The notes below the pieces were generated by a model. That model did not search any database, was not told the origin of the DNA, and was given only the letters and a program-made list of their open reading frames with translations. The translations under genes were made by a program, and so were the position numbers. A DNA stretch of 18,173 nucleotides from a virus. This document shows, piece after piece, positions 15,724 through 18,173 of this stretch (position 1 is its first letter; each line of letters starts with the position of its first letter). Location: UHGV virus genome UHGV-1374553; one strand, written 5' to 3'.

Positions 15724-15809
15724 TTTTTATTACCTCCTTGTATATTGTAGTTTATTATCTCTAATTCGATTATGATAATTATTATTGATATTACAATGAA
15801 TGTATTCAT
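15720..15809 (-). CDS. Micro-ORF encoding a 29-aa hydrophobic peptide (MNTFIVISIIIIIIELEIINYNIQGGNKK).
   Basis: SD GGAGG sits 7 nt before the ATG. It lies immediately downstream of the internal terminator. Its stop TGA overlaps the next ATG. Confidence 0.35.
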   Translation of the reverse strand: MNTFIVISIIIIIIELEIINYNIQGGNKK

Positions 15810-15820
15810 AAAATAACCTC

Positions 15821-15856
15821 CAAAAATAAAAGGGTAGGGAACCACCCCCACCCTTT
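15821..15856 (-). terminator. Intrinsic terminator/attenuator on the minus strand, inside the early region between the SSB-like gene and the micro-ORF/replication gene block.
   Basis: Minus-strand RNA folds as AAAGGGUGGGG-GUGGUU-CCCUACCCUUU, an 11-bp stem including one G-U pair with a 6-nt loop. It is followed by UAUUUUU, which appears as the A-run 15822-15828 on the plus strand. Confidence 0.5.
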
Positions 15857-15918
15857 AGTATAATATAGTATTGATTTTTATGTGTGACTAACAATATTTA
15901 TAATAATAAAACCTATTT

Positions 15919-16329
15919 TTAGAAAGCAACATCTTCATCATTATTGAACGCACGACCCTTTGTACTTTCACTGGGTGCATCTGCTGTTGTGATGTTAATT
16001 GAATAACCTTGTCTACCTTGCTCTGATACGTATTCATATACTTCAAATGCTAATTGACGTGCATTAATAGCATCTGTGACTTCTTGGTCGTTTCTCATGT
16101 CCTCAATCAATTTTGTTAAGTGATTAGGTAAGTTAACGATAGCGTCACTTGTATAAATAACACCTTGGTCACCAAATTTACCTTTTGTATTGATAAATAG
16201 GGCTTCTATTGTATAACGTGTGTTTTCTCTTAAATCTTGTAACTTTTTAAAATCTCTATCGTGTTTATCGAAATCGTATTGAGGTGCGCCACCGTTTGAA
16301 TATTTGTTTAAAATGTTTTCTACTGTCAT
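15919..16329 (-). CDS. Putative single-stranded DNA-binding protein (136 aa) with an acidic C-terminal tail ending in Phe.
   Basis: SD AAAGGAG. The C-terminus ...FNNDEDVAF resembles the acidic DDDIPF/EDF tails of bacterial and phage SSBs. Size is near phi29 p5 (124 aa). No full OB-fold alignment was possible by eye. Confidence 0.35.
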   Translation of the reverse strand: MTVENILNKYSNGGAPQYDFDKHDRDFKKLQDLRENTRYTIEALFINTKGKFGDQGVIYTSDAIVNLPNHLTKLIEDMRNDQEVTDAINARQLAFEVYEYVSEQGRQGYSINITTADAPSESTKGRAFNNDEDVAF

Positions 16330-16350
16330 AATTGAATTACTCCTTTAATT

Positions 16351-16572
16351 TTATATTATTTGTCCAATTTCTTTTAATGCATCATAATCTACTCTATAAG
16401 TTTTAATATCACGTTTGATATCAATCACTTTATGTGTTTCAGGTATATGTTCTCTTGCTTCTGTTTTGAACATACGATAATGTTGCTTAATGATAAAGAA
16501 GTCGTATAACTCTCCTAAATCATTCTCACAATAGATGACAAAACCTTTAACTTCAACGTCAACTTGTGTCAT
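16351..16572 (-). CDS. Hypothetical early protein (73 aa).
   Basis: SD AGGAGG lies 7 nt before the ATG. No recognisable motif. Confidence 0.5.
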   Translation of the reverse strand: MTQVDVEVKGFVIYCENDLGELYDFFIIKQHYRMFKTEAREHIPETHKVIDIKRDIKTYRVDYDALKEIGQII

Positions 16573-16648
16573 TTGGGTACCTCCTTTACTTGATAAATCA
16601 ATTATAGCACGTTACGTAGTGTTACGCAACAAATATTTAAAATTTCTT

Positions 16649-17107
16649 TTAATAAATTGATACACCATGAGCTGAACGGAAATCTTTATGGAAATACAAT
16701 TGTTCAAAACCGTCATCTCCAGCTATTAATTGTAGTAGTGATAACTCATTTTCAGTATCTCCAATGTATTGCTTACATTCCTCGTTGTAATAAATAAGTA
16801 GGCGATTACACCCATAAATTAAAGTTGTAGCGTCGTCGTAAGTTGAAGAGGGATTAAAACGTGCTAACTTGTTAAATAGGTTGATAATATCATTGTTACT
16901 ATTTGAAGCATTGCCGTCTGTGTCTGTTTCTTCGTAGACATAACCGAATGATTCAAATATATCAGGTAATTCTTCGGTGTCTTCATATGTTGGCCATGTA
17001 TCATCTGATACGTCATCATATAAAGCAACACACTTATTTAAAAAGTCCTCATGGTCTGTAGTGGCAAATAATGTTTCATTGTCTTTTGCTAGGGAATAAA
17101 TAATCAT
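16649..17107 (-). CDS. Highly acidic early protein (152 aa). It is a candidate DNA-mimic or host-takeover protein.
   Basis: About 25% D/E with clusters DDVSDD, EDTEELPD and EETDTDG. Its start overlaps the upstream gene stop (ATGA). No catalytic motif. Confidence 0.45.
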   Translation of the reverse strand: MIIYSLAKDNETLFATTDHEDFLNKCVALYDDVSDDTWPTYEDTEELPDIFESFGYVYEETDTDGNASNSNNDIINLFNKLARFNPSSTYDDATTLIYGCNRLLIYYNEECKQYIGDTENELSLLQLIAGDDGFEQLYFHKDFRSAHGVSIY

Positions 17108-17502
17108 TTATATACTTCCTCTCTTTGTAAATATTCTTGTGATAAGCTACCGTTTTCGTTAATAACAAATTTTGGGTCTACTTTATCTCCATTAATTGTA
17201 ACATATGGATTGTCTGCTGTACCTTCGTTGATTGTTTTGTACGTCAACATCCAATTATCTGCTGTATCATCTAATTCTTGTTGTGTAGGTTGATTTGTTG
17301 ATTGGTAATCAGTGCCTTGTGATGTTTCGTTAGATGCTTCGTTAGATGTTTCGTTAGATGTTTCGTTAGTAGGTGAGTATGACGTTTCTTCTGTCGTTGT
17401 TTCTTCGTTAGTGTCAATAGGTAAATAAAAGTAAAACCATGCTCCAATAAATAATAACATACATAAGATTAAAGATGTAATAAAACCGATTAAGAATTTC
17501 AT
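17104..17502 (-). CDS. Membrane-anchored early protein (132 aa). It has an N-terminal TM helix, a tandem NETS repeat linker and a C-terminal soluble domain.
   Basis: The N-terminus is MKFLIGFITSLILCMLLFIGAWFYFYL. It is followed by TTEETSYSPTNETSNETSNEASNETSQ. The start overlaps the upstream micro-ORF stop (ATGA). Confidence 0.55.
   Translation of the reverse strand: MKFLIGFITSLILCMLLFIGAWFYFYLPIDTNEETTTEETSYSPTNETSNETSNEASNETSQGTDYQSTNQPTQQELDDTADNWMLTYKTINEGTADNPYVTINGDKVDPKFVINENGSLSQEYLQREEVYK
17321..17368. repeat. A 12-bp tandem repeat, four copies (GATGTTTCGTTA with one variant GATGCTTCGTTA). It encodes the NETS repeats in the membrane protein.
   Basis: Four consecutive 12-mers at 17321-17332, 17333-17344, 17345-17356 and 17357-17368. 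Confidence 0.85.
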
Positions 17503-17576
17503 TTAAACATAACCTCCAATAAAATAGATAATAATAAAAATATAATGATGACAATACACCATTGAATGAAAATCAT
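17499..17576 (-). CDS. Micro-ORF encoding a 25-aa hydrophobic peptide (MIFIQWCIVIIIFLLLSILLEVMFK).
   Basis: Its ATG overlaps the stop of the upstream NUMOD4-like gene (ATGA), and its stop overlaps the ATG of the downstream membrane-protein gene (ATGA). SD GGAGGG sits 9 nt upstream. A single TM-like segment. Confidence 0.35.
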   Translation of the reverse strand: MIFIQWCIVIIIFLLLSILLEVMFK

Positions 17577-17791
17577 CTTAATAAACCCTCCTTGAAAATA
17601 ACGTTAGTTAGATTTGTAATATTAAACTGTTTTCTCTTTCTATTATTGTCAACTAGGGTAATATATTTATAATAATTTCCACCGACAATTTTAAGCGTAT
17701 GTTTCAACCTTTTGTAAGTTGACAATTTAATAACTGTACCGTCCTCAAATATTCTGTAATTGGGATAACGTTCTAAAGTTTTGTATTTCAT
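17573..17791 (-). CDS. Small early protein (72 aa) with a NUMOD4-like N-terminal module. It resembles the N-terminal half of HNH_3 homing endonucleases but lacks the HNH catalytic motif.
   Basis: SD GAGGAG. RYPNYRIFEDGTVIKL resembles the FPNYEVSNLGRVRSL consensus. KQFNITNLTNVIF resembles the K.F.VHRLVA.AF strand that precedes HNH motifs. The protein ends 6 aa later with no H-N-N residues. Confidence 0.3.
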   Translation of the reverse strand: MKYKTLERYPNYRIFEDGTVIKLSTYKRLKHTLKIVGGNYYKYITLVDNNRKRKQFNITNLTNVIFKEGLLR

Positions 17792-17931
17792 TTGTTTATC
17801 TCCTCTAATTCTACAATTTTATCATATAAATTATGATTAACTTTTGTTATTTGCGTTATTGTCTCTCTTAATGCTAGTATCTCAACAACTAAATTATGTT
17901 TCTTTTTAAAGTACATAATTAATTTTTTCAC
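17782..17931 (-). CDS. First ORF of the right-end early operon (49 aa from GTG 17931, or 44 aa from ATG 17916). It is predicted helical.
   Basis: GGAGG (17943-17939, inside the ITR) lies 7 nt before GTG. The stop TGA overlaps the ATG of the next gene (ATGA). Translation: VKKLIMYFKKKHNLVVEILALRETITQITKVNHNLYDKIVELEEINK. Confidence 0.3.
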
Positions 17932-17939
17932 TGGTTATC

Positions 17940-18173
17940 CTCCTTTAAATTGTTAACTAAATTATATCACGAGTAGTGACGTAACGCAAGTGGAAATAAT
18001 AAAACTCAATTACTAAATCAAATATCAAACCTAATGAAAAATTCAAAACCTCTAAACATAAATATGGTAAGTGCATTTTAAAATTCAAACCCTTAAACCA
18101 CATTGCTCCTTTTCTGATTATTTTATCGAGGCGGGGGTCGGTTATTTTTTTAATTTGTAATCCAAGTATATTT
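17940..18173. repeat. Right inverted terminal repeat (ITR-R).
   Basis: This is the reverse complement of 1-234. Position p pairs with 18174-p. Confidence 0.9.
17961..17989 (-). promoter_or_regulatory. Mirror copy of the ITR promoter in ITR-R. It faces inward (leftward) and would drive the minus-strand early operon.
   Basis: Same sequence as 185-213 by ITR symmetry. It is followed on the minus strand by GGAGG (17943-17939) and a GTG-initiated ORF at 17931. Confidence 0.55.

Noticed and set aside
15859-15864. Perfect TATAAT hexamer on the plus strand just after the early-region hairpin.
   Set aside because: No -35 (the upstream sequence is the GC-rich hairpin). It would drive antisense transcription of early genes. 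Likely chance in AT-rich DNA.
1-18173. tRNA genes, CRISPR arrays, integrase or transposase genes, restriction-modification or toxin-antitoxin modules.
   Set aside because: None seen. No cloverleaf-like GC-rich 70-90 nt segments, no regularly spaced repeats, and no ORF with recombinase or methyltransferase motifs. The genome is a compact lytic phage with about 93% coding.

Overview
This window appears to be a complete, linear genome of about 18.2 kb from a small phi29-like podophage (Picovirinae). It most resembles the Staphylococcus 44AHJD/P68-type phages. Three things point to a Staphylococcus host: the genome is very AT-rich, the endolysin carries an SH3b cell-wall-binding domain of the LysK/lysostaphin type, and the tail lysin carries a lysostaphin/LytM-type M23 peptidase domain. 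The window begins and ends with perfect 234-bp inverted terminal repeats (1-234 versus 17940-18173), and both termini start with 5'-AAA. A protein-primed family-B DNA polymerase is present, with the Exo I/II/III motifs plus Dx2SLYP, Kx3NSxYG and YCDTDS. Two convergent modules meet at a 208-bp terminator-rich non-coding region (11243-11450). The plus strand (235-11242) carries two small left-end genes, then a head/tail/lysis module: an acidic scaffold-like protein, major capsid, portal/upper collar, lower collar, tail fibre, amidase+SH3b endolysin, a coiled-coil protein, tail knob, holin, and a phi29 gp13-like tail lysin with lysozyme-like and M23 domains. The minus strand (17931 down to 11451) carries an early/replication module: small early proteins, three micro-ORFs for hydrophobic peptides, an SSB-like protein, a basic candidate DNA-end/terminal protein, a gp16-like encapsidation ATPase and the DNA polymerase. 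Each repeat ends in a strong sigma-A-like promoter plus a Shine-Dalgarno sequence that drives the first gene at that end. Other points of note: no terminal-protein gene is recognisable; a TATGATATAAT promoter motif recurs three times, once as an orphan aimed into the convergent intergenic region, which may encode a small RNA; the right early operon is joined by ATGA start/stop overlaps; the tail lysin contains two near-identical Gly/Ser/Asp linker repeats that are in frame with each other; and one early membrane protein carries a 12-bp tandem repeat.
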